A DNA stretch of 64,000 nt, taken from Piromyces finnis finn (Eukaryota; Fungi; Neocallimastigomycota). Shown in pieces: positions 1 to 17,962 of the stretch. Made by a program: the position numbers and the translations under genes. Within the stretch, counting starts at the first letter, position 1; each line of letters opens with the position of its first letter. The notes beneath the pieces are model-generated. The model did not search any database. It was not told the origin of the DNA and was given only the letters and a program-made list of their open reading frames with translations. The DNA lies in NCBI GenBank assembly GCA_002104945.1, contig MCFH01000004.1:1116001-1180000 (forward strand), given 5' to 3'.

Positions 1-530
1 TTACAGCAAACTTTAAATTAACATTATTGATTATTATTTATATTTATACTAATTAATTCCATTTTCATTTTAATAGTATTATTATTTATAATTGATAAAA
101 ACTTTTAACATTCCAATTATTATTCTTTTTTTTTTTTTTTTTCATTTTCAATTTTATAATACTATCCCAACTTTTTTTTTTATTTATTCATTAGAAAATT
201 TTATTAAAATAGATATATCGAAATATATAAAATTATTGACAAACTATATATACCACTATTATACCATTATTATATTATATTTATTATATATATATTTTAT
301 TTTTTATTTTTTTTGTTACAAGAGGGTTAATTTTTTATTATTAATTAATATAGATTAAAAATTAAATAAAAATAAAGTTTTGTGAATATTTAAATTATTT
401 TTTAAGATTTGTTTATTTAATAATAAAAATATTTTTTTTCGATGTTTAAAAAAAAAAAATATACTACTTTTTAAAAAAGAGTTATTTAGATTAAAATTTT
501 TTTATATAAAAATTAAAAGATCTATTAAAA

Positions 531-5138
<4,608 letters not shown>

Positions 5139-6244
5139 ATTTTTAAATTTTAAGTGATTTGAGTAATATAAATATGAAGAGTATTATAATTTTAATATAC
5201 CTAAAATACTAATTAAATAAATTATGAAATTTGAATAGTATATAAAATTTCAATAATAGCATATTATTTATAGCTAAATAAAAGTTCTTTTTTTTGAACA
5301 TTTAATACTTGTTGATTTCTATTGTCTATTAATTTAAAGTCAAAATAAAATAAATATATTAAATTTAAGGTTTTTAAAGTTTTATGGATGAAATTTGAAA
5401 TTATTAAGCCATAAAATGTTTTGATAATAATAATTATACCAATTTATTAATTTATTGTTACCAATTTATGGCTTGATTTTAACAAAAAAAGACAAAAAAA
5501 AAAAAACGTTAATAGTTTTACACATTTAAAAAGAAAAATAACATTAATATTCATTCTATAAAAATGATTATTAATTTTAATATAAGCATCATTATATAAA
5601 TTTTATAAATGTTATAGTTGTTTTTTTTAAAAAAATAATATTTAAATACTAAGATATAATTTACTTTTTATCTTTCTTTAATTCTATTTAACTATTTATT
5701 AGTTACTGCTCATCTTTTTTTAATTCTATTTAAAATTTAACTATTTATATTGTTTACTCAATTACTGCTCATCTTTAACTATAATATATATAGTTTAGTA
5801 TATTTAAAAACATTTTTTTTTTTTTACTTATAAAGCTTGATTTATTATATATAAAATAAACTTATTTTTTTTTTACTACAATTATAGGTTAATATATTAT
5901 ATATAGTTTTTGATAATAAAAATTGTAATTACTATTTTTATATGTCATTTTTAATATAAATAATTTCAAATAATTTTGTTAAATGATTAAAACTTAATAT
6001 AACAATTTAATATATTAATATACATTCTAATATATAAATATTATCAATCAATATATATTTAATATATTATAGCTACTTTCAACTTATTACTCGTTGAAAT
6101 AAATAAACAATAAATTCAATTATATACTATAATATAATTTTCTTATTTTGTTAACCTATTTTTAATATATAATAATATATACTGCGAAGCAATAATATAT
6201 TAGAAAATAAATAATTTAATTTAATACTATTTAAAATTATGATT

Positions 6245-6299
6245 GAATAAATAAATGAATAAATGAATAAATGAATAAATGAATGAATGAATAAATGAA

Positions 6300-6367
<68 letters not shown>

Positions 6368-6368
6368 A
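6245..6368. repeat. (TAAA/TGAA)n microsatellite
   Basis: Tandem tetranucleotide array, intergenic. Confidence 0.95.
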
Positions 6369-6431
6369 AAGGCCTTTAATATTTAATAGAATTTAAACTA
6401 TTTATACTAGAGAAGTTTTTAATTTTTTAAA

Positions 6432-6465
<34 letters not shown>

Positions 6466-7011
6466 AAAAGAAAAAATTTATTAAAATAAATTTAAAATAA
6501 AAAAGTAGTAATAAGAAAATATAACATATAAGAATATGTTAATTATTTAATATTGATAATAATTACAATACAGTGTTAAATAAATATTTCATATTTTAAA
6601 TAATAGAATATCTTATTTCAGTTTTTTTAAAGAAAAAATATCCACACACAAATATATAATATGCTTTTGGAGTTAATATATATTTGAAAAATATAATAAT
6701 TATTACAACTATAATACTTACTATTTGACAAATTCCTTAAAAGGCTAGGTTTACTTACAGTATTAGAATATAAAATAATACAACAAAAGCGACTTACAAA
6801 TTTAATAATAATAATAAAAAAAAGAAAATAATAAAAATATAATATTTAAGTAAAAATATAATAATATTTACTAATAGAAACATATTAGCAAACAAACAGT
6901 AAAAAAAAAAAAAACTTTAATAATAAGTAAAAACAATTAATAATAAAATACAAAAATTCAAGTACTATATTACTAAATATCTTATAAACAACTAGATAAG
7001 AATAATTAAAA

Positions 7012-10000
7012 ATGTGGTGCACAAAATGTCATAATCACGTTTCTTTAATTAACAATGTTTACCCTTCACAACCAGGGGAAACTGGAGCAAAGGCTAATAA
7101 TCTATCATTTCTAGTATTTTATGCTGAATCAAGACCACAAAAGTTAACAAAGATTGGTGCTTATTTGGAAAAAAGAACAGCAAAGGACATATATTATTCT
7201 AGAATAGAGTAAATTTATATTAAATTTTTATTAAAATAAATTTCATATAATATATTCTTTTTATATTTATTATGCTAATTTATTTTTATGTAATATATAT
7301 TTAAAAAAATAAAATGAAATAAAATAAAAAAATACTTTTAAAGAAATTTAAAGGTTACCTTAACCATTTTAACAGTTTTAGTTGGTTCAAAATGTAAACA
7401 AAATTTAGATTTGTTTTTAATATCTGTTGTTAATATTTTAGCTAAAATGCTCGAAAGTCCAATAAATTTAGAAATCATTGAACAAATTTCTTCAACTGTA
7501 AGTTACACTTCTAATTAATATTTTAAAATATAAAATATTCTATTTAAAATATTAAATAAATTAAAAAATTAATATTATTTATTTATATAAATTTTCATAA
7601 TAAAGATTGTATCATTTTCCTCACACCACAATCATGTTATTCTTGATGTAGATTCATCATTTGTTACTCCTTACATGAAGATAATAAATATTCTTTGCAA
7701 ATATGTCCAAGATAATGAAAGTAATCCAGAAATTCAAAATAAAAAGAAAGTAGCATCGCTTAGAGCTATAAATGCTATTGTTTCAAACGATACATTTTTA
7801 AAATCGCCAAAAATTGATGAATTCTTAGAATACATCATTCCAGCTTTATTAGCTAATATTCAAGAAAGTAAAACAACAGGAATTAAGCTTTATCGTTCAC
7901 TATCTAACACTGATATTAGTGATGTAGATATTGATAATTTAGCTATTCAAAGTATAAATGAAATTATGCAACGAATTAACCCAGCTACATTTGATAAAGT
8001 ATTCAACCCAATTTATAAGTAAGTTAATTGAGATTTAATTAAATCATTGGATGTCGTTATTTCATTTTATTAATAAAAAATGAAGATTTATTTAATTATC
8101 ATAATTAATAATGTAATTTTTTATATTATAATATATATATATAGATATTTGGAAACAAATAATTACATGTTAAACAATAAGTATTTGATAAAGATTTTTA
8201 AGATATTTACAAAGGCTATGAATCCACAATACAGATATTTATTAGTTTTATATTCATTAAAACATTTAAAGGATTATACCACAGATATTGCTGTCCAAAC
8301 AAACATTATTTATGTATTATCAAATATTATTAAAAATGGTGGAGGTTCCGTTATTACTCATATTGAAGTATTAGATGTTCTTTCTGATTGTTTATTTGAA
8401 ACATTACAAAATAGTTCAAAGTATGATCCAAAAGATGTTGAAAATTTAGAAAATGCATATATTGATTGCATCAGTTCATTCTCTTCAAATGTTTCATATC
8501 CAGAACAAATGAATGATATAATGCAATTTTTAGTAAATCATTTAAAACTTGAAACTGCAAATAATGAAGTTATTTTAAAATGTAGAATATTTATTATTCG
8601 CTCATTACGATTTATTCTTGAACAAAGAATATCTTTTATTGAAAAGAATCCTACTTTCAATTCGCCATTACCAATTGAATTGTTTATTCCAACATTAGTT
8701 CTATTGAAGGATAACTCATTCAATTTACGTTTACAATATTATTTCTTCTTACTTTTATTAATGGATCAAATTAGTTCTAGTAATAATATACAAGAAGATA
8801 ATAAATATCATATTAGCAAATATAAATTTATGCAAAATGTTCATTCAATCTTATATGAATATACTCAAAAGAAGTTGAATCAACCGATTGATTTTATTAT
8901 GATTATCAATGTTTTCATTAAGAATATTCAAGTATTCTCACATGATGCTATCGTTGAAGCTGTTCCATTAATATTTGCATTAGAGGTATATATATCAGCA
9001 TATAAATGATGCTTTTTAATATATTAATATTTGTACTTGATAGCAATATTTTATAATTATTTTGATATATATTTTTTATTAAATTTAAATATTATTTTTA
9101 TTTAATATATAGGAAATTACAAAGGAAAAATATAAAAGTAAGGATGAAATAATGCTCCAATATGCAATTAATACAATGTTAGTTGAATTCTTCGACTACT
9201 TATCTGAATATTTGGGTAATGAATCATTAGGTAATTATATCGGTAAAATTAAGCAAAGTAAAGTTGAAAATAATGAATGGTGTAATGTTAATTTCACCAA
9301 TGCTGTAGTTTCTCAATGGTTAAATAAATCATTCAACGAAATAGAATGGAAGACTGATGATTTTAAAGAAACTTCTGTTTTCTTGGATCACGAATATATA
9401 ATATCAATTCTTAGTGATCATGAAGATTTAAAATCACATTTTGAAGATGAATTACAAGAATTATTAAATAAAAAATATACTTCAAATGGTTTCTTGTTAT
9501 ACAATAAGGATGATATTAATAACAGTAAAAGAATGAGTTATCATTCTATAGTAGATCCAAAATTAGTTAGAAATTCCATTCCACCACAAAGTCTTGTATG
9601 TATTTATATTGATCCTGTAAATTAATTTTTTCATTTTTTATAAATTTATGATTGATTAATTAATAATTTTAAAATATAATATTAAAATATTAGCGACGTG
9701 ACATAACTCATGCTTCCATTCATATTGAAGATTTGAAGGAAGTATTGGGTTCATATGAACAATTAGAAAGCCTTCATGATGAAAATATATTAGATTTTGA
9801 AGAAGATGAAGATGTAAGTTTAATTATATAATGCTATAAAATTATATAATTTAAAAAAGTTAATAGGTGAGTAGAGACTAATTTATAAAAACATTTATAT
9901 TTTAAATAAAAGAATGTTAAATTGACAGATGAAGTTAATGGTTTGTTAGACGAAATTACAAGGTAATAATTGTTTTTCATTTATATATGAAAAATATTAT

Positions 10001-10369
10001 TTATTCATTATCGGTATTATTTTGTTACAATAATACTAATTTAATATATAAAAATCAAAAATTTTAATAATATGTAGTCAATCAAGAATTAACGCTACTG
10101 AAAATAAAAATTCATCAGCAACATTAAGTAATCAACCAGTAATTTCGACATATGAAAATGTATTCAATAGTCCTGCAAAAAAGAATAATAAAACTATAAC
10201 AACTCAAGAAGAATATCCAATGACTAATATGGACAATCATATATTATATGCTCAAGACTCTTTTATAAATAATGACTATTCTTTACATTATGTAAGATCA
10301 ACAGAAAATCTTTTAAATGTATCGGTTGAAAAGAAAAAGAAAAAATATTCTAATATATCGAACTATTAG
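7012..10369 (+). CDS. EFR3: EFR3, plasma-membrane PI4-kinase scaffold, multi-exon
   Basis: The N-terminus HVSLINNVYP...LSFLVFYAESRPQKLTKIGAYLEKR is the EFR3 signature, followed by helical-repeat exons. The last exon 10078-10369 is in frame with the preceding donor. The 3' end is less certain. Confidence 0.85.
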
Positions 10370-11940
10370 TCTATTAATTTTTATTTTTTTTTTTTTTCTT
10401 TTTCAATCCTACATTTAATCAATTATTTATTATTATTATTATTACATTTTTTTTTTAATGTTAGTCAAAAAAAAAAAAAAAATTAGTATATTTTGGAGAA
10501 GAGAATAGAAAGAGAATGAAATATTATATAGTCATTATATAGCAAAAATAGAATTATTATTTGGACATGGAAAATGGAAATAATATGTGTTTGATATATA
10601 CAAAAAAAAAAAAAAAAAAAAATCAGAGAATTTAATTTTAATGCAACAAAAGAAATATATAGCAATTTTTTTAAATGAATATATAATACAGTAGTGAAGA
10701 TGAAAATGAATAGAAAAAATTGACCTACAATAACAAATAATAATAACAACAACCACACATATCATATCATAATATTCAGGAATCACCTTTTTTATAACTA
10801 TAATTTGAATAATTTGAAATTAATATAGTAAATATTATATATTTATTCAACATCAATTATTATGAAATATCTTCATTTCATGAGAATAGTAAATAAGCTT
10901 ATGTTAAATATTTGTTTATAATTTCATTGATAATTAAAAATCAAATAATACAGATATACATTGTTATTTATAAAAACAACTACTTTTTTTTTTAATTATA
11001 TAGTATCAATATATATAGTATCAATATTATTTATTATAATTGAAATGTAATCCTTTTCAACAAATATTTTATAAACATCTTTTTAAATATTATAATCTAT
11101 TATTATATTATTATATTAAATATATATAGCGTTATATTAATATAATAAATAAATATTTCAATAAATTACATAATTAAAATATATACTATATAAATTTTTT
11201 TTTTCAATAATTATTGTTGACATATTATTTCCATTTTTCACTTTATATTATAAAATGAGTATAAATTATTGTTTTTTTCTTTTTTCAATTTTATCATATT
11301 AAATTTTAAAATTAATTGTATTATTTACTCAATTTATATATATATATAATATTAACTCTACATTTTATTTTTTATATTTATTTTCCACCCTATCAACAAC
11401 AATATGCATATTAATTCCTATTCACATTATTTTATTAAAGAAATAATTATTTGAATGTTTAGCTTAAATATATATAAATGTCTATTCAGTAAATAATAGC
11501 TTATTAAACATTCAAAATATCAATATATAAACTATTCATTTTTTGATATTAATTCCTATACAATAAATATAATTATTTATTTTTTTTTATATTAGTATAT
11601 AAATGGATGCCAATAATTATATATTAGGATTTAAAATGAATGATAATAATATCTAAAAATACTATTTTTCTTTTTATTTATTTTACCTTCACAAAAAATT
11701 ATAATCGAAATATTTACTGTTATTATTTAAGAAAGTCAATTTTTAAATATTTATATTAATCAATAAAATATTAAAAAATAGTACATAATAATAATAAATG
11801 AATAATAATGAAGTTATTAAAAAAAAAAGTAAACTTAATAAAAATAAGTATATATTAAGTCAAAAATAAAAATAGTTTTTTATATGTTAAAAAATAGATT
11901 ATAAACTATACTAAACCTTTTATTTATGTAATAAATTTAT

Positions 11941-12118
<178 letters not shown>

Positions 12119-13046
12119 ATTAATATATCTATATGTTATACCATTTTTAAAATGTTAAAATTGAAAATTTTTATATTGATATTACTCAGCCACATATAAA
12201 ATTATAATCAATTATATTAATTTTATATAAATATGGCTGGTGTATATAAAATATAATATTTATTGAAATTGAAATAATATATAATATTAAAAATCATGGC
12301 TTTATATTATAAAAATAAGGTGAATAATAATGTAAAAAAATATATATAATAATTTATTTTAAATTTTTATATTTTATTGGTAGAATAATCCAATCACGCT
12401 ATTTAAGAAAATTTAAGAAAGAGTAATAATTCAAACTCTTTTTATTATAAATCTTGTTATTATATGGGTAATAATCATAATAAGAAATAACTATTTATAT
12501 TTTAAGATATTGTACATATTGCATGTTACTAATATTCGTTAACTATTTGTGATGTAATAATGATAAACAATAAATAACTATATTTTACTAGGAAAAACTT
12601 AAGGTTTTTTAAAGATTTTCTAAAACCAATAGTGATAAAATATGATTTAATAATGAATATATTATTTTATATTAAGTTCCTTTATACCAATTTTAAAATC
12701 GCAATAAGATATTGAAAAAAATTTTGTTTTTAAAATTGAGATTAAAATAAAAAGGTATAATATATTGTAATATATTATAATAAATTATTTAATATAATTA
12801 ATTTATTTTTCAAAAATATTTTTTTTTTTTTTTTTTAAAATAGATAAATATTTAATCTAAAGAAAAAAAAAATTTTTTTTTCTTATTCTTAATATTATAA
12901 AGGATAAAATAGATTAAAAAAAAATATAAAGTTATTATCATAACTAAACACATAAATATAACAAAATCAATACCATAAATATTACAATTCTTTCATATTT
13001 TATTTTATAACTAAGTATTTAGTAAATTAATATACCAATTAAAAAA

Positions 13047-14827
13047 ATGTCCAACTATAGATTATCTCCTTTTGGTAATGATTTCATATATAAGCTTTAA
13101 TATTTATAATTTATAGTATATGATTTTTATGTTATTAGAAAATTAATATTAATAAGCATTTTATATACATAAATATATTAAATACACACAATTATTTTTA
13201 TTTTGTAATCATTATAATAATTAAATGAATAATGTTAATAATATTAATAAATTTCTCGGAAATAGAAAATGCTATTGCTGGTTCAGTCAGTTCAGCTTTT
13301 GCTAACACCATTACTTATCCACTTGATATGTAAATATCAATGATTTTATTCTATAATATTTTCTTTTTATATTATTAATGTTGTTATTTATTGTATTATA
13401 GTTTTTGGAAAAAATTGAGAAAAAAAATAAAATATTAATAAAATTATAAATTATAATTCAAAAAATCAGTGCTAAAACTCGTCTTCAAGTTCAAACTCAT
13501 TCAAATGATTTAAATGATGAAAAACTTTACAAAGGTACTATTGATTGTTTAAGACGTATGATTAAGGAAGAAGGTATTGACGGTCTTTATTCCGGTCTTT
13601 TCTCTTCTCTTTTTGGTACAGTTGCAAGTTCTTTTGCCTACTTCTTTTGGTACTCCCTTGTTAAAAAGGGTTATTATAAGCAAAGACCACAAGCTCTTGA
13701 AAAGCCACTTTCTATGAAAGTTGAATTAACTTTAGGTGGTATTGCTGGTATTGTTTCTCATTTATGTACTTTACCAATTTCAGTTGTTACTACTAGGTAA
13801 TTATTATTATTTTTTCTTGGAGTATTTAAGCATTAGAGAAAATGATATATATACAAAAGTTTGATTTTTAATTTTTTATTTTAATATTGCATTTATTATG
13901 AATTAATAAAAAATATATAATGCAACTAATATATATATATATATTGTTTTTAAAAACTTTATAATTAATTTTTTTTATTTAATATTCAAGACAACAAACT
14001 ACTGCTCCAGAAAACCGTAAGAACTTTTTCAGTACTATCTCTGAAGTTGTCAAGGATGATGGTATTACTGGTCTCTGGAAAGGTAAATAAAAAATAAAAG
14101 AAAAAAAATAATTTTAAAAGTTTATTTAGTAAATAAAGAAATTTTTATATTAAATATATTATATTTTATTTTTCTATTAAAAAGGTCTTAAGCCATCTGT
14201 TATGCTTACTATAAATCCAGCTGTTACTTACAGTGTTTTCGAACGCTGTAAGTCTGGTTTATTAGAAAGCCGTAAAAACAAGGGAAAAAAGATGGAACTT
14301 AGTTCTGGTGAAGTTTTCCTTATCGGTGCTTTTGCCAAAACTGTTGCTACTATTGTTACTTATCCATTAATTATGGCTAAGATTAAGTTACAATGGAAGC
14401 CAATAAAGAAAGAAAATGAAACCGAAGAAGAACGTAAAGAGAGAGAACAAAAGACTTATAACGGTATTATTGATGTTATTAAGAAGTCATATAAGTCTGA
14501 TGGTATTCCAGGATTATACCAAGTAAGTTAAATAATTTTATAAAAGCTTAAAAGAACAATATAAATAATGATAATTGTTAATATTCTTTTTATAATATAT
14601 TTAAATTTATAACATCTTTAAATATTTTATTATTATTCAAATAACAATAGGGTATGCAAGCTCAAATTTTAAAGGCTGTTCTTACCCAAGCTATATTATT
14701 TGTTAGTAAGGAAAAATTAAACTTATACACATACATCGCTATCTGTTACTTAAAGAATCATGTTAAGCTTCAAAAGCCAAAAAATGAATCTGTTCATCCA
14801 TTATATAACGTTGAAACAAAACTTTAA
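13047..14827 (+). CDS. ANT1: Mitochondrial-carrier-family protein, peroxisomal adenine nucleotide transporter (Ant1/PMP34) type
   Basis: Three PxD/xxKxR-type repeats (YPLDIAKTRLQ, LPISVVTTRQQ, YPLIMAKIKLQ). AYFFWY and LTINPAVTY are typical of Ant1. Canonical introns, ends ...VETKL*. Confidence 0.8.
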
Positions 14828-15101
14828 GTTCGTTCCATAATATAATTAAAAAAACAAAAAAAACAAAATCAAATACAGAAAGTAAAAAAAATCATATTAT
14901 TTTTAATTTCATTAGATGCAACAAATAGCAATAAAATTTTAAATATATTTATTTAAATAAAAAAAAATATAAAACAAAAAATTAAAAAGTAATCTTATAG
15001 TTATATCTTGAATTAATTATAAAATAATTTTTAATACATAAACAAGCATGATAAAATAATAATCTAATTGAATTTTACAAAAGGAGGTTTATAATTATTG
15101 A

Positions 15102-15358
15102 CAATATAAAAAAATTAGTAAATTAAAACAAAAAGATTATAAATTTAATTTTTACAATAAGTTTTATTTATATGTTTATTAAATATATAGTATAGAATAT
15201 TATTATTATTATTATTATTTTTTTTTATAATGAAAAAAAAAAAAAATATTTAAAAAAAAGTAATAATAAGTAATTACATAATTATTAGCAATACAAAAAA
15301 TTAGTAAATTAAAACAACAAAATTATAAATTTAATTTTTATAATAAATTTTATTTATA
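15102..15358. repeat. About 70-bp imperfect direct repeat (15102-15172 and 15289-15358) between convergent genes
   Basis: AAAAAATTAGTAAATTAAAACAA..ATTATAAATTTAATTTTTA.AATAA.TTTTATTTATA occurs twice. Confidence 0.75.
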
Positions 15359-15582
15359 GTTTATTAATAGAAATATGATTGAAAAATTGTTAGTTTTTTT
15401 TTTTTATAATAATTAATAAAAAGTAACAAAGAGTTATTTAAAAAATAAAATTAAAAAAAAAAAAAAATAATTGTGTAAATTTGAGTGTAAAACTTTTTTT
15501 TTTTGACATGAAATTAAAGTTAACCAAAAAAAAATTTTTTTTTTTTTTTTTTAAAATTAAATATTTTTATTATTTTTCTTTT

Positions 15583-16602
15583 TTAGTTATCATCAGTAAT
15601 AATATTTTCTTTCAATTTAGAACTCTTAATTTTTGATTTAGAATGATGTCCACTACTGCTACCTTCGGTACTATGATTACTTGTTTTTGAAAGTTTACGT
15701 GATTCACGGCGTGATGATGTATGTGATTGTAATTCTGATGCTATATCAGTAAGATTATTGTCTTCATCTTTAATAGATTTCTTACTATGATGTCTTGAGG
15801 TTATATTATTAACATCTAATAAAGAGGAGGTATTTGAACTTGATTTATTAATTTTAATACTAGAACTACTATCAATATTTTGACGTACCAAAATTTTATC
15901 TTTACTTTCTTCACTTATTTTATGATCACTCTTTGTTTTTAGTTTTGAAGTCTTTTCTTTTGTTGGTTCCAATATAGGATCACCAGTAACATTTAATTTA
16001 TGAACAGTAATGAAATCTGCATAACCTTTTTTAAAGATGAATTTTAAGTATTTTGCTTTAGTGTCAGGTGGTATAGAAAATGAAGTAGTTTGAATAGTTC
16101 CATCTTGTATTTCTATTATATGTATAATATTTATTAAGGGAGAAAAAAAATTATTATTATTATTATTTTATTATTTTTTTTTAAATATTTATATTATATT
16201 ATTTTATTATGTGTTGGAAATGTAGGAGAATATATAAAAACGAAGCAATTATAAAACACATAATTATTATTATATATTTAAAATATTATACCTTGAGAGT
16301 TTAAAGTTTTAAATTCTTTAATATTAGTATTTGAACTTTCTAAAATTACATGATTCACTTATATAATGGAATATATATACGGAACTAATAGTTAATATGA
16401 TGATTATATCCAGAAAAAAAAGAATAAACATAATTATCCTATATACCTTTCATTGTTGTTAATGTAACAGTTTTTAATAGAACACTTGAAGAAAGAGCTA
16501 TGATAATTTCTTGTGGGAATAGTCCAGTTGAAATCCAAAAAGTATTTATACGTCTATATTCATTTATTATTTTCCATTATATTTTTTTTAATTTTTATAT
16601 GA

Positions 16603-16639
<37 letters not shown>

Positions 16640-16827
16640 TAAATACTATTTCATATTTTTATTTCACAATAAATAAATAATTATATATCTAAAATTTACC
16701 CATCTACTATATTTTCCATTCCATGTCTACTGTCAAGAGATGTTGCCATAAGTACTTTCATCTTAAATTGTTTTCCCTCATTTACTGAACTAGTGATTGT
16801 GTCTGTTTCAATTTCAGTTGAAATCAT
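15583..16827 (-). CDS. IFT25: Intraflagellar transport protein 25 (HSPB11) with long Ser/Lys-rich C-terminal extension
   Basis: Four exons give LMATSLDSRHGMENIVDGRINTFWISTGLFPQEIII...QDGTIQT...AKYLKFIFKKGYADFITVHKLNVTG, which aligns with IFT25 motifs. Confidence 0.85.
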
Positions 16828-17745
16828 TTTTAACTTTTATTTTTCTTTAAAACAAACATAAAAACATTTTAAAAATAATATAATAATCTTAATAATTTAT
16901 TTCGTTTATATATATATATATATACAATTTATTATATATTATTAAATGAATACAAACCAATTAATGCTTTTTTTTTTAATCTTACTGTTCTTCTTCTTCT
17001 TCTTCTTCTTATTTTTTCTTTTTGTAAAAAAGTATTTAATATTATTATTAATTATTAAATCAATATTTTTATTAATAATTGATAGCACTAAATATTTAAG
17101 TATTTATGTAATATCTGTAAATTAAAAAATTAAAAGTGAATTTAATTTTATTTTTCAAATTAAATTAATATAAAATTACTAAAACTTTAATTTATAATAT
17201 TTTATTAAATATCAATTAATTCTCAAAAGTTAAAGTAAATAAATAATTGTTAGATTATGTAAAATGTAAAATATATATATAAAGCGTAGTAAAGTTTAAT
17301 TATAGTAGTCATATTATTTTAACACGTAGCTTTTGATTATAAAATAATTTGGAATATATTAACTCTTATAGTATTTCAAAAAGAATCTTTTGAAATAAAA
17401 CCTCTTCAGAATAAAATATTATATCATTATATAATGGAGTGTAATGTTCATTTTAAAAATAACATTATAATTATTTTGGAGAAATTTTAAAAATTAAGTA
17501 AAAAACGTAGAAAACAAAAGATGAATTAATAATGATAAAATATTTTAAAATAATAAGACATTGGAAAATCTACTAATATTAAGTAAGTTTTAAAAGTAAT
17601 AGTAATCATATATATATTATACAAGAGTAAAATTTGAGTTTATTTTTATTTTTTATTTTTTTTATTAATTTTATTATTTCTATTATTTAGAAAAAGTATA
17701 TTTATATATTTTGTTTTATCCACATATATAACAGATAACAGACTA

Positions 17746-17917
17746 TTAATAATCAAGATTTCTTTCACTTATCTCTCTTTTAATAATTCTCATTTGATTA
17801 ATTTCATCTTCAAGCGATTTTACAAAATCAGAAAATTGTTTTATGTATGGAGCAATGGCTGTATTATTTTGTAAATCTAATTATATTTTTTATATAATTT
17901 TTATGTTTAATTAAAAT

Positions 17918-17962
<45 letters not shown>

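Noticed and set aside
5703-5776. 15-bp direct repeat TTACTGCTCATCTTT
   Set aside because: A small local duplication with no sign of an element or coding role.
10483-10786. Short hydrophobic ORFs after EFR3 (also 92-358, 30484-30696, 46789-46998, 60692-60895)
   Set aside because: They derive from poly-T/A and microsatellite composition, with no motifs or splice support.
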